Source: Oscillospiraceae bacterium
Lineage (GTDB): Bacteria; Bacillota; Clostridia; Oscillospirales; Ruminococcaceae
NCBI GenBank assembly: GCA_045606725.1
Contig: JAZUSM010000119.1
Location: 41,491 to 105,490 of the forward strand
Direction of reading: 5' to 3'
Length of the DNA: 64,000 bases
A model generated the notes under the pieces. It saw only the letters and a list, made by a program, of their open reading frames with translations. It did no database searches and was not told the origin of the DNA. The position numbers and the translations under genes were made by a program. This document shows positions 44,991 to 53,406 of this stretch, piece after piece (position 1 is the first letter of the stretch; each line of letters begins with the position of its first letter).

Positions 44991-46742
44991 ATGGGTAATT
45001 ACAAAAACTTTGAACTGGTAGTTTATTTTGTTGCACATGGTGTAAAAAACGTAAACGAGGCTGAACTTAACAGACAGATTGAGTTTTTTGAAAAATATAT
45101 GCGCATTGACAAGGTTTATCTTGAACCGTTCCGTGACGGCTGTTTCGCAAGCGAGGAACAGCTCCGCCTTTGCAAGGATATTTTTGCAAAGCACGGAATA
45201 AAGTCACAGGGCGGCATTACAACAAGCATGCCTGACCCTGAGGGTGCTCACCCTAAACAGCGTTTGTTCAACGTAATGTGTTACAATGATGAGGTTATGA
45301 TGAACACGCTTCAGCAGGTATGCGAGATGAATGCACGTGTTTTTGACGGGTTTATCATTGACGATTTCTTCTTCACAAACTGCACTTGCGAAAAATGCAG
45401 AACAGGCAGGGATGAGTACAATTCCGAACACGGCATCACTGACGGAAGCTGGCAGGCTTACCGCACTCATCTTATGTATGAAGCTTCAAAGAAATATGTT
45501 ATCGGGCCTGCTAAGGCTGTAAACCCTGACTGCAAAATTACAATAAAGTATCCTAACTGGATGGAGTCCTATCAGGAAACGGGATACGACCCTGCTTCAC
45601 AGAAGGAAATTTTCGATTATATTTATACAGGAACAGAAACCCGTGACCCGATTAATACTGACCAGCATCTGCCGAGGTATCTTTCCTACTCTCTGATGAA
45701 GTATATGGACAAGATGGCGCCTGGCAGAAACGGTGGCGGATGGTTTGACCCATTTGACTGCAGGATGCTGGACTACTATCTTGAACAGGCTTATCTTACT
45801 GTATTTGCAAAGCCTAAGGAAATAATGATGTTCTGTTTTCAGGCGCTTGCTGACTCGGTAAATGTTCCTGCGCTTGGCTTTATGCTTGACAAGCTTGATT
45901 TGCTTCTTAATGGTCTGGGAGAACCGATTGGTGTACCATGCTATATTCCGAATGCTTCGCAGGGTGAAGACAACGTTCAGGATTTTCTCGGTATGCACGG
46001 CTTCCCTGTTCTTACTACACCGAACTTTGAAGCGGACGCACCTGCTATGCTTCTGACGGCTTCTTCCGCTTATGACAAGGATATTATTGACAAGCTTGAA
46101 AAATATATTGCAGGCGGCGGAAAGGCTATTGTAACAAGCGGATTTGTCAAGGAAACTCTCGGAAAGGGCGTTGAACGTCTGACCTCAATCCGTGACAGAA
46201 ACAGAAAAATGACTGTCAAGGATTACGCTGCTGAGATGTCATTCCATTATAACAGATGGGAAAGGGAAAGTGCTTCAAAGGCTGTTACTGTACCTATAAT
46301 GGAATTCAGGAACAACGCAACATGGGGAGCAATCTGCAAGGGTATTTCCGAGGAGGAAGCCTGCACACTGTTTGCAATTGACACCTACGGTGACGGGCAG
46401 CTTTACACTCTTGTTGTACCTGAAACATTTGCGGATATCAAGCATTACCCCGAAACCGTGCTGAACAGAATGAGAATGGAATTTGCTGTAAATGGTATCC
46501 GTATGGAGGGCAAGGGTCAGATAAGCATTTTCACTTATGACAATGATACTTTTGTTGTTTATCCTTATGTTGACAACAACACCTATGACAGCGATATTAC
46601 TGTTCATATCAAGGATGCAAAAGCTATTACAGGACTTTCCGACTGCAGGGAAACTGCTCCGATTTATACTGAAAACGGAGAGGCTGTTTTCAGGCTTCGT
46701 ACCGAGGTCGGGAAATTTACAGGCTACAGAATTATCAGATAA
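44991..46742 (+). CDS. Hypothetical protein, 583 aa; possible barrel + flavodoxin-like + beta-sandwich layout (GH42-like architecture), family not recognised
   Basis: Start moved to ATG 44991 (MGNYKNFELVVYF). No signal peptide. It is the first gene of the operon with the clan GH-A-like gene and sits beside LacI and sugar ABC genes. The architecture statement is my impression only. Confidence 0.45.
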   Translation: MGNYKNFELVVYFVAHGVKNVNEAELNRQIEFFEKYMRIDKVYLEPFRDGCFASEEQLRLCKDIFAKHGIKSQGGITTSMPDPEGAHPKQRLFNVMCYNDEVMMNTLQQVCEMNARVFDGFIIDDFFFTNCTCEKCRTGRDEYNSEHGITDGSWQAYRTHLMYEASKKYVIGPAKAVNPDCKITIKYPNWMESYQETGYDPASQKEIFDYIYTGTETRDPINTDQHLPRYLSYSLMKYMDKMAPGRNGGGWFDPFDCRMLDYYLEQAYLTVFAKPKEIMMFCFQALADSVNVPALGFMLDKLDLLLNGLGEPIGVPCYIPNASQGEDNVQDFLGMHGFPVLTTPNFEADAPAMLLTASSAYDKDIIDKLEKYIAGGGKAIVTSGFVKETLGKGVERLTSIRDRNRKMTVKDYAAEMSFHYNRWERESASKAVTVPIMEFRNNATWGAICKGISEEEACTLFAIDTYGDGQLYTLVVPETFADIKHYPETVLNRMRMEFAVNGIRMEGKGQISIFTYDNDTFVVYPYVDNNTYDSDITVHIKDAKAITGLSDCRETAPIYTENGEAVFRLRTEVGKFTGYRIIR

Positions 46743-46754
46743 GAGAGGCTTTTT

Positions 46755-47681
46755 ATGGAATTTATCAAGGGCATAACCTTTGCGCCTTTCGCACGCAGGG
46801 GTGCACTTTCAACTGACGAGGCACATACAAGCCTTGACAGACTCGTTGAACGAACAAACGCTGATTTTATCATACTTGTTCCTACAGGCTTGCAGGACCA
46901 CCCACAGGCTGAAATTGTGGATTACAAATCTGAGGCAACTATGGGTGATGATGAACTGATTGCATTTATTGAGTATGCACACTCAAAGGGACTTCGTGTT
47001 GCGCTCAAGCCGACAGTAAACTGCCGCAACGGAACATGGCGTGCGCATATCAATTTCTTTGATGAGGATGTGCCTTGTGAACCTAAGTGGTGCAACTGGT
47101 TTGCCAGCTATACAGAATTTCAGGTGCATTTTGCCGGAATTGCTGAAAAATGCGGCTGTGAGATGTTCATTGCAGGCTGTGAAATGGTGCAGGCACAGCG
47201 TCGTGAGAATGAATGCAGGAAAATGATTTCCGATATTCGTCAGCATTACAGCGGACTTATTTCCTACAACACTGACAAGTATCAGGAACATAATGTTAAA
47301 TGGTGGGACGCTGTTGATGTGATTTCCTCCAGCGGTTATTACCCTATCAATGATTGGGATAATCAGCTTGACCGCATTGAAAAGGTTGTAATGCAGTTTA
47401 ACAAGCCGTTCTTCTTTGCAGAATGCGGCTGTATGTCGGTAAAGAATTCAAACCTTGTGCCGAATGACTGGTCTGTGCGAGGAGATATTGATTTGCAGGG
47501 ACAGGCTGACTGGTACAAGGCAATGTTCGAAGCCTGCTCAAAACGCAGCTGGGTAAGCGGCTTCGCTGTATGGGACTGGGCCTGGAAACAGTATGACAAT
47601 GCCAAAGACAACGGCGGTTATGATGTTTACATGAAGCCTGCTGAAAAAGTTATTGAAGAATTTTACGGAAGAATAAATTAA
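46755..47681 (+). CDS. Clan GH-A-like (beta/alpha)8 glycoside hydrolase, unassigned family, cytoplasmic
   Basis: 308 aa. KGITFAPF, a candidate acid/base in FIAGCEM (Cys where GH-A enzymes usually have Asn) and a candidate nucleophile in FFFAECGC. Confidence 0.5.
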   Translation: MEFIKGITFAPFARRGALSTDEAHTSLDRLVERTNADFIILVPTGLQDHPQAEIVDYKSEATMGDDELIAFIEYAHSKGLRVALKPTVNCRNGTWRAHINFFDEDVPCEPKWCNWFASYTEFQVHFAGIAEKCGCEMFIAGCEMVQAQRRENECRKMISDIRQHYSGLISYNTDKYQEHNVKWWDAVDVISSSGYYPINDWDNQLDRIEKVVMQFNKPFFFAECGCMSVKNSNLVPNDWSVRGDIDLQGQADWYKAMFEACSKRSWVSGFAVWDWAWKQYDNAKDNGGYDVYMKPAEKVIEEFYGRIN

Positions 47682-47698
47682 GATATGTCTTACCGATA

Positions 47699-47727
47699 TT
47701 GACTTAATCAGATGATTGGACTATAAT
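47699..47727 (+). promoter_or_regulatory. SigA-type promoter of the LacI gene (TTGACT-17-TATAAT)
   Basis: TTGACT (47699-47704), 17-nt spacer, TATAAT (47722-47727). Confidence 0.55.
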
Positions 47728-47770
47728 TACTATAGTGTCTTAGTATTATTTTACATGGAAGGATATTGAT

Positions 47771-48781
47771 ATGGCAAAAAAACAGGTCACTTTAAGTGAT
47801 ATCGCCGGAATCTGCGGCACAAGTACTGTTACGGTTTCAAAAGCCCTCAGCGGAAAAGAGGGAGTAAGTGATGAGCTCCGTAAAAAAATCAAGCATGTTG
47901 CCTGTGAAATGGGTTATGTTGCTCCATCTAAAGCGGCAAATTCCGAATATCATGGAAACATAGGCGTAATAATTCCGGAAAAATTCCTATCACAAACAGG
48001 AACATTTTACTGGGTATTATACAATCGCATAGTTCAGCGTCTGAAGTCTGACAACATAAGCTGCATACAGGAAAACATCGGTGAAGAGGAAGAAGCTTCA
48101 CTTATACCGCCAAATATCCTTTCCAATAATAAAATTACCGGCTTGATTTCACTTGGACAGCTCAGACCTGAATATGTGGACATGCTGATGAAGAAAACCA
48201 ACAATCTTGTTCTTCTGGATTATTACATACCGGGAATCAATGTTGACTGCGTTATTTCCAACGGAATTTCAGGTGCATACCGTATTACAAAGCACCTTAT
48301 AGAAAATGGCCATAAAAACATAGGCTTTATCGGCACCAGGCTTGCAACCTCCAGTATTTTTGACCGTTTTACAGGTTACTCAAGGGCTATGCTTGAACAT
48401 GATTATCCGATAAGGGAAGAATGGATAATCAATGACCGTAAAAATGACAATATGAATTTCGGTGAGATGGATTTTCCGTCAGAGATGCCTACAGCATTTG
48501 TATGTAACTGTGATGAAACAGCCTTTGCGGCAATAAGAAAACTTCAGAGCATGGGTTATTCTGTTCCTGATGATATTTCAATTGCAGGATACGATAACTT
48601 CCTGATTTCCGAAATGTCAGAACCACAGATTACAACCATAAGTGTTGATGCCAAGGAAATCGCTGACACAGCTGTTTCCATGCTGTTTGACAAGATGAAC
48701 AATCCGTACAAAAAGCCTGAAATCCGCAGTATCAGCGGAACGCTTGAAATCAAGAATTCAATAAGAAATATCAATCTATAA
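47771..48781 (+). CDS. LacI-family transcriptional regulator
   Basis: 336 aa with N-terminal HTH VTLSDIAGICGTSTVTVSKALSG and a periplasmic-binding-protein-like C-terminal domain. Confidence 0.88.
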   Translation: MAKKQVTLSDIAGICGTSTVTVSKALSGKEGVSDELRKKIKHVACEMGYVAPSKAANSEYHGNIGVIIPEKFLSQTGTFYWVLYNRIVQRLKSDNISCIQENIGEEEEASLIPPNILSNNKITGLISLGQLRPEYVDMLMKKTNNLVLLDYYIPGINVDCVISNGISGAYRITKHLIENGHKNIGFIGTRLATSSIFDRFTGYSRAMLEHDYPIREEWIINDRKNDNMNFGEMDFPSEMPTAFVCNCDETAFAAIRKLQSMGYSVPDDISIAGYDNFLISEMSEPQITTISVDAKEIADTAVSMLFDKMNNPYKKPEIRSISGTLEIKNSIRNINL

Positions 48782-48786
48782 TAAAA

Positions 48787-48822
48787 ACAACCGCTGTTCC
48801 CTGTTCAGGGACAGCGGTTGTT
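48787..48822. terminator. Long perfect hairpin between the convergent LacI and DUF624 genes
   Basis: AACAACCGCTGTTCCCTG-tt-CAGGGAACAGCGGTTGTT. It is followed by TTTTTAT on the reverse strand and a weaker T-run on the + strand. Confidence 0.75.
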
Positions 48823-48834
48823 CTATTTGAATAA

Positions 48835-49482
48835 TCAAAGCTTTTTCAGCATGTCCTCACCGAAAAGCTCTTTTTCTTCGTCAGTAAGTTCCTTTCTCAG
48901 ATTTTTAAATCCAAGTACGCCGAGAAAGGCAACAGTTTCCACAAGAAGCACGGCAATTGTTCCTATCAGAAGGAAAATGCCAAGCAGCTGTATACTGAAC
49001 AAGGTTGTAATCAGCAGCATTGCTACCCAAACCAGCAAAAAGAAATGCACTCTATAGAACATTGCTATGAGCACTTCTGTAATTGATGGCTTCGGGGTAT
49101 AAAAAATATGATAGGTTATCACATAAACAATCAATGCCAGTAAAAATGATATACACGCTATCATCAGATACATCAGGAAATTCATCCCTACTTTTTCGGA
49201 TGCATACATTCCTATGAGCTGAATGATTATAAGCAGCTGCAGAGGAAAATATTTCATCATACGCATCTCAGAGGCAAGTCCCGAAAAAAATCTTTTTACC
49301 AGTCCGTCATAAACGTCAAACTGTTTGTAGATTACATCCTTGCCGACAATAAATGCCGATGTCAGTGCGGGAATAAGAAGAATTCCAAGCGATAGAATTA
49401 TCGTACCGAAGCACACAAGACTCAGCACCACGACAAGATGAATTGCTGACATTATTGCTGTCAGAGTAAATTTACCTTTCAT
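48835..49482 (-). CDS. YesL/DUF624-like membrane protein (accessory gene common in sugar ABC loci)
   Basis: 215 aa with about 6 TM. It lies downstream of two sugar ABC permease genes. The family call is from memory of the topology and the IPALTSAF segment. Confidence 0.5.
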   Translation of the reverse strand: MKGKFTLTAIMSAIHLVVVLSLVCFGTIILSLGILLIPALTSAFIVGKDVIYKQFDVYDGLVKRFFSGLASEMRMMKYFPLQLLIIIQLIGMYASEKVGMNFLMYLMIACISFLLALIVYVITYHIFYTPKPSITEVLIAMFYRVHFFLLVWVAMLLITTLFSIQLLGIFLLIGTIAVLLVETVAFLGVLGFKNLRKELTDEEKELFGEDMLKKL

Positions 49483-49573
49483 CGGGAATCAGTACCTCCT
49501 CACCTTTTCGGGCAAATAACACCAAGAGCAAAACCCATTATGGATTTTGCCCTCAGCTTGTATAGATTAATAA

Positions 49574-50464
49574 TTACATTTTTACAGAACCAGCAAGTCC
49601 GTTGTAGATATACTTCTGCAGGAAGATAAACACAATCATAATCGGAATCATACCGATAATAATTGCTGCAGCAACAATTTCAAACGGAGTCGCCATTGAA
49701 CCGAAGAACTTATAGAGTGCAACGGTAAATGTCTGAACGTCACGGTTCAGGTACAGGTTCGGGATATAGAAGTCGTTGTAAAGACCGATACCATTGATGA
49801 TAATCAGTGTTGTACAAGCAGGCTTCATAAGAGGGAAAACAATTGTAGCAAATGTACGGAAGTAACCTGCACCGTCAATGAGAGCCGCTTCATCAATTTC
49901 TCTTGAAATACTTTCAAGCTGATTAAGCATAATGTAGATACCAACAATTCCGACACCGGAATAGAGAAGAACTACGCTCCACATTGTATTAACAAGCTTT
50001 GCTGCATACATCATTCTGAATACAAGAGTCTGTGTTGCAACAATCGGAATGAACATTGTAAGAGTAAAGAGTGTCTTTACAACCTTCTTACCGATAAAGT
50101 CAAAACGTCCAAGAACATATGCAACCATAGCTGTCAGTGTAACCTGAATTGCAAGGGAAATTGTCAGGATGATAGCTGTGTTGAGGAAAGCCTTTCCGAG
50201 CTTACCGACTTCAAGAGCATACTTGAAGTTATAGAAGTTGAAGAAGCTTTTTGGTGCTTCAAGTACGCTTGTGCTTGAGTATTCCGCACCTGTCTTGAAC
50301 GCCATAAAAATCAACGGAATGAGCGGAATGATTACAAACAGGCTTGCTAAAACAAGGAACACATAGCGCACAATTTTATACGCAAGTGATTCTCTTGCCA
50401 TACAGGTAAAGTCGTCATTGCTTTTCTTTTTTGTCTTTTTACCTTCATTATCAAATACGCTCAT
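49574..50464 (-). CDS. Carbohydrate ABC transporter permease (MalG-like)
   Basis: 296 aa with an EAA-type loop (IDEAALIDGAGYFRTFATIVFPLMKP). SD AAGGAGG 6 nt upstream. Confidence 0.88.
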   Translation of the reverse strand: MSVFDNEGKKTKKKSNDDFTCMARESLAYKIVRYVFLVLASLFVIIPLIPLIFMAFKTGAEYSSTSVLEAPKSFFNFYNFKYALEVGKLGKAFLNTAIILTISLAIQVTLTAMVAYVLGRFDFIGKKVVKTLFTLTMFIPIVATQTLVFRMMYAAKLVNTMWSVVLLYSGVGIVGIYIMLNQLESISREIDEAALIDGAGYFRTFATIVFPLMKPACTTLIIINGIGLYNDFYIPNLYLNRDVQTFTVALYKFFGSMATPFEIVAAAIIIGMIPIMIVFIFLQKYIYNGLAGSVKM

Positions 50465-50465
50465 G

Positions 50466-51317
50466 TCAATCCTCCTTTACAAGCAGCTTCTGAAGACCGA
50501 CAACTATAAGTACGATAACGAATACCATTACCGAGAGAGCAGCTGCGAAGCCAACTCTGTTTTCGGACATACTCTGCTGAATCATAATAACAGGTGTACC
50601 TGTACCGTTGCTTCCGTTGAGCATAATGTACGGGATTTCGAATACCTGAATTGAACCGGAAACACTGAGAAGGATATTGATAAAGAGTACCTTCTTGATT
50701 GACGGAATGGAAATATATCTGATTTCCTGCATCTTTGTACAGCCGTCAAGTGTTGCTGCTTCATAAAGCTCAGTAGGAATTGACTGGAGCGCACCGAAGA
50801 ACATAATGAAGTTCATTCCGTAGTATCTCCAGATACTGATTGAAGCAACTGCAGGGTTTACAAGCTCAAGGTCCTGGAGCCACTTGTGCTGAAGTGCATC
50901 AAGTCCGATTGAACCAAGAATTGTATTAAGTGTACCTTCACCATTGAAGAAAATAATGAAGATTGTAGAAATAATTACACCGTTGAGAAGATACGGAATA
51001 ATAAGAATACCCTTGAAGATGTTGAGTCCCTTGAACTTACCGTTAACGATAACTGCAAGGAAAAATGCAAAAATAAGCTGCGGAATTGCAGCGAGGAAGT
51101 ACCAGAAGCAGTTTTTGAACATTGAAATATATTCAGGATTTGTAAACAGCTTGCGGTAATTTCTTATGCCTATGAATTCAATCTCACCAAAGCCCTTCCA
51201 GTTTGTGAAACTGAGGACAAAGTTACCGATAATCGGCACGTATGAGAAAACAATCAGATGAATAAGCGGTAATGCAAGAAAAAGGATAATAAACAAGGAT
51301 CTGCTTTTACTTTTCAT
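50466..51317 (-). CDS. Carbohydrate ABC transporter permease (MalF-like)
   Basis: 283 aa with an EAA-type loop (LYEAATLDGCTKMQEIRYISIPSIK). SD AAGGTGAGG. Confidence 0.88.
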   Translation of the reverse strand: MKSKSRSLFIILFLALPLIHLIVFSYVPIIGNFVLSFTNWKGFGEIEFIGIRNYRKLFTNPEYISMFKNCFWYFLAAIPQLIFAFFLAVIVNGKFKGLNIFKGILIIPYLLNGVIISTIFIIFFNGEGTLNTILGSIGLDALQHKWLQDLELVNPAVASISIWRYYGMNFIMFFGALQSIPTELYEAATLDGCTKMQEIRYISIPSIKKVLFINILLSVSGSIQVFEIPYIMLNGSNGTGTPVIMIQQSMSENRVGFAAALSVMVFVIVLIVVGLQKLLVKED

Positions 51318-51338
51318 ATAACCTCACCTTTTGATTAC

Positions 51339-51371
51339 AAAATTGGGCGGTACACAATGATACCGCCCAAT
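51339..51371 (-). terminator. Intra-operon hairpin and T-run between the binding-protein and permease genes (partial terminator/attenuator)
   Basis: Reverse strand: ATTGGGCGGTA-tcattgtg-TACCGCCCAAT (perfect 11-bp stem) followed by TTTGTAATC. Confidence 0.6.
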
Positions 51372-51392
51372 CTTCACATGATATGCTATTGA

Positions 51393-52856
51393 TTAGAGAG
51401 TATCATCCCAAGCAACGCCGAGATCTTCTCTTGCCTGAACATATGCCTTGTTCTGTGTTTCAACCTGAGCATCGTATGCAGCCCAGTCAGCTTCCTTAGT
51501 TACGTCGATAACATCGTAGAGGTTACCAACATACTTAACGTCAGCAAGGAGGCTTGCTTCTGTAAGAACAGCTTCGTTGTTGATGGAGTTCTGGTTTGTA
51601 GCGTAAGCGAAGAGAACCTTACATGTACCAGCTTCTACAGCATCGTCGATAAGCTTGTAGAGGTCAGGAACAACAGGTGTAACACCCTTCTTCATTGCGA
51701 TATAACCGCTGTCAGCAAGGTACTGAGCGTCTTCAGAAATGTATTCGATGAAGAGTCTTGCAGCATCCTTGTTGTCGGAGCCCTTGTTGATTGCGTAGCT
51801 GTCAGCAGCAGCAGCCATTACATACTGACCGTTGCCGAAGTCAGGAGCTGGAGCAAACTTGATAACGGATGGATCTGTTCCCTCTGGAACACGGCCCTGG
51901 ATCTGTGGAACTACCCATGCACCGAAGAGCATCATACCAGCCTTACCGTTACCTACAACGTCCATAGCTACACCGAAGTCTGTGTAGATGTCAGCTTCGA
52001 AGAAACCTCTGGATTTCCAGTCTGTGTACATCTTGATTGTCTTACCCATAGGTTCGCTTTCGCTGAATGGTGTGTCGCTCTTGAGCATGCTCTGGTAAGC
52101 GTCGTTTCTACCTGCTACATAGTTAGCAAAGTCATTGATTGTGGAAAGAGGCCAGTTTTCAACTCTGTGCATTGCGATTGGGTCAATGCCAGCTTCTCTG
52201 AGCTTTGTGCAGAGGTCTTCGAATTCAGCCTGTGTTGTTGGGATTGCATCATAGCCAACGCTCTTGATTGTTTCTTCGTTGTAAACTACAGCGTTGTTGT
52301 ATGTCTTTGCAGGCATAAGTGCGTAGATGTATGTACCATCGTTGTACATTGTTTCAGCGTAGTCACCGTAGAGTTCCTTAGCTTCATCAATTGTGCAGTA
52401 TGGTTCAGCGTACTGCTGCCATTCTTCGATGCTCCAGTTAGGAGATGTGTAGATATCGATGGATGGGTCAGCTGTCTGGAGAAGAGGACGGATGTCATCT
52501 TCTGTAGAGTTAACCTGAAGGTCAACGTGAACGCCGTATTCGCCTTCAAACTTTTCAGCAAGGTGCTTCAGGTAAGCATAGGATTCGTCACGGTATGTGT
52601 TACCGTCAGCGTCCTTCTTTTCTTCACCGAGAACTCTGTTACCACCGTGTGTGTAAAGAGTAATGGATGTACCCTTGAGAGCTGCTGTGTCGATGTCAGC
52701 AATGGACTTGAGAATCTTGCCGTCAGCAGATGCTGCTGGAGTATTGCCGCCTGCGTTGCCATTGTCTGTTGTGCCGCCTTCTGTGCCACAGCCAGCAAAC
52801 ATAGTTGCAGACATAGCAAGACAGAGAGCAGCAGAAAGAATCTTCTTTGTCTTCAT
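51393..52856 (-). CDS. Extracellular solute-binding lipoprotein of the sugar ABC transporter
   Basis: 487 aa with lipobox MFAGC. SD GGAGGA 6 nt upstream. Confidence 0.88.
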   Translation of the reverse strand: MKTKKILSAALCLAMSATMFAGCGTEGGTTDNGNAGGNTPAASADGKILKSIADIDTAALKGTSITLYTHGGNRVLGEEKKDADGNTYRDESYAYLKHLAEKFEGEYGVHVDLQVNSTEDDIRPLLQTADPSIDIYTSPNWSIEEWQQYAEPYCTIDEAKELYGDYAETMYNDGTYIYALMPAKTYNNAVVYNEETIKSVGYDAIPTTQAEFEDLCTKLREAGIDPIAMHRVENWPLSTINDFANYVAGRNDAYQSMLKSDTPFSESEPMGKTIKMYTDWKSRGFFEADIYTDFGVAMDVVGNGKAGMMLFGAWVVPQIQGRVPEGTDPSVIKFAPAPDFGNGQYVMAAAADSYAINKGSDNKDAARLFIEYISEDAQYLADSGYIAMKKGVTPVVPDLYKLIDDAVEAGTCKVLFAYATNQNSINNEAVLTEASLLADVKYVGNLYDVIDVTKEADWAAYDAQVETQNKAYVQAREDLGVAWDDTL

Positions 52857-53068
52857 AATAATTTTCCTCCTATTAATCGGGCAGGATATTCAACCCTGCA
52901 ATTTGGTGTTGACTTTACAGAATAGCACCTGCAAAGTTAACTTCACCTTGTTACTAATTAAACTATAAATTAACGAAATAATCAAGAGTTTTTAGCTAAT
53001 CAATTAAGCTTTTCTCTTTATTTCACAAACCTTTCACAAAATTATAGTTAATTTGCACAACCGCTCGC

Positions 53069-53082
53069 TGTAAACGTTATCA
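53069..53082. promoter_or_regulatory. cre/LacI-family operator TGTAAACGTTATCA
   Basis: Matches the consensus TGWNANCGNTNWCA at all 14 positions on both strands. It lies 22 nt upstream of a reverse-strand TATAAT (53046-53041), over the -35 region. Confidence 0.5.
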
Positions 53083-53167
53083 TATATCCACAAAAAATAT
53101 TGAATTCTCTCAAATCAAGTGAAGCAACCACCTTATACGATTAAGTTACAGACATTAAATTCTACCT

Positions 53168-53177
53168 TAAACGTTTA
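53168..53177. promoter_or_regulatory. Second operator-like palindrome TAAACGTTTA
   Basis: Perfect 10-bp palindrome sharing the TAAACGTT core with the site at 53069-53082, about 97 bp away. Confidence 0.35.
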
Positions 53178-53280
53178 TAGTTTTTAACATTAATTACCGC
53201 CTTGAATTTTACTTGTTTTTACCGCAAACAATAATCAAAGAGTTAATTTGCCGCAAAAACATGTAAATTTGTACAAAAAC

Positions 53281-53325
53281 CAATAAACAATAAACTCCGT
53301 CGCTTTGTAAAAATCAACGGAGTTT
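53281..53325 (-). terminator. Rho-independent terminator after the Na/Pi cotransporter gene
   Basis: Reverse strand: AAACTCCGT-tgatttttacaaagcg-ACGGAGTTT followed by ATTGTTTATTG. Confidence 0.6.
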
Positions 53326-53406
53326 GACATTTTTCATTGTTCGTTTCAGGTATTTACTATTATGCTACAGAAATGTATGCACTAAAACAGACTGCGATGA
53401 ACATCA

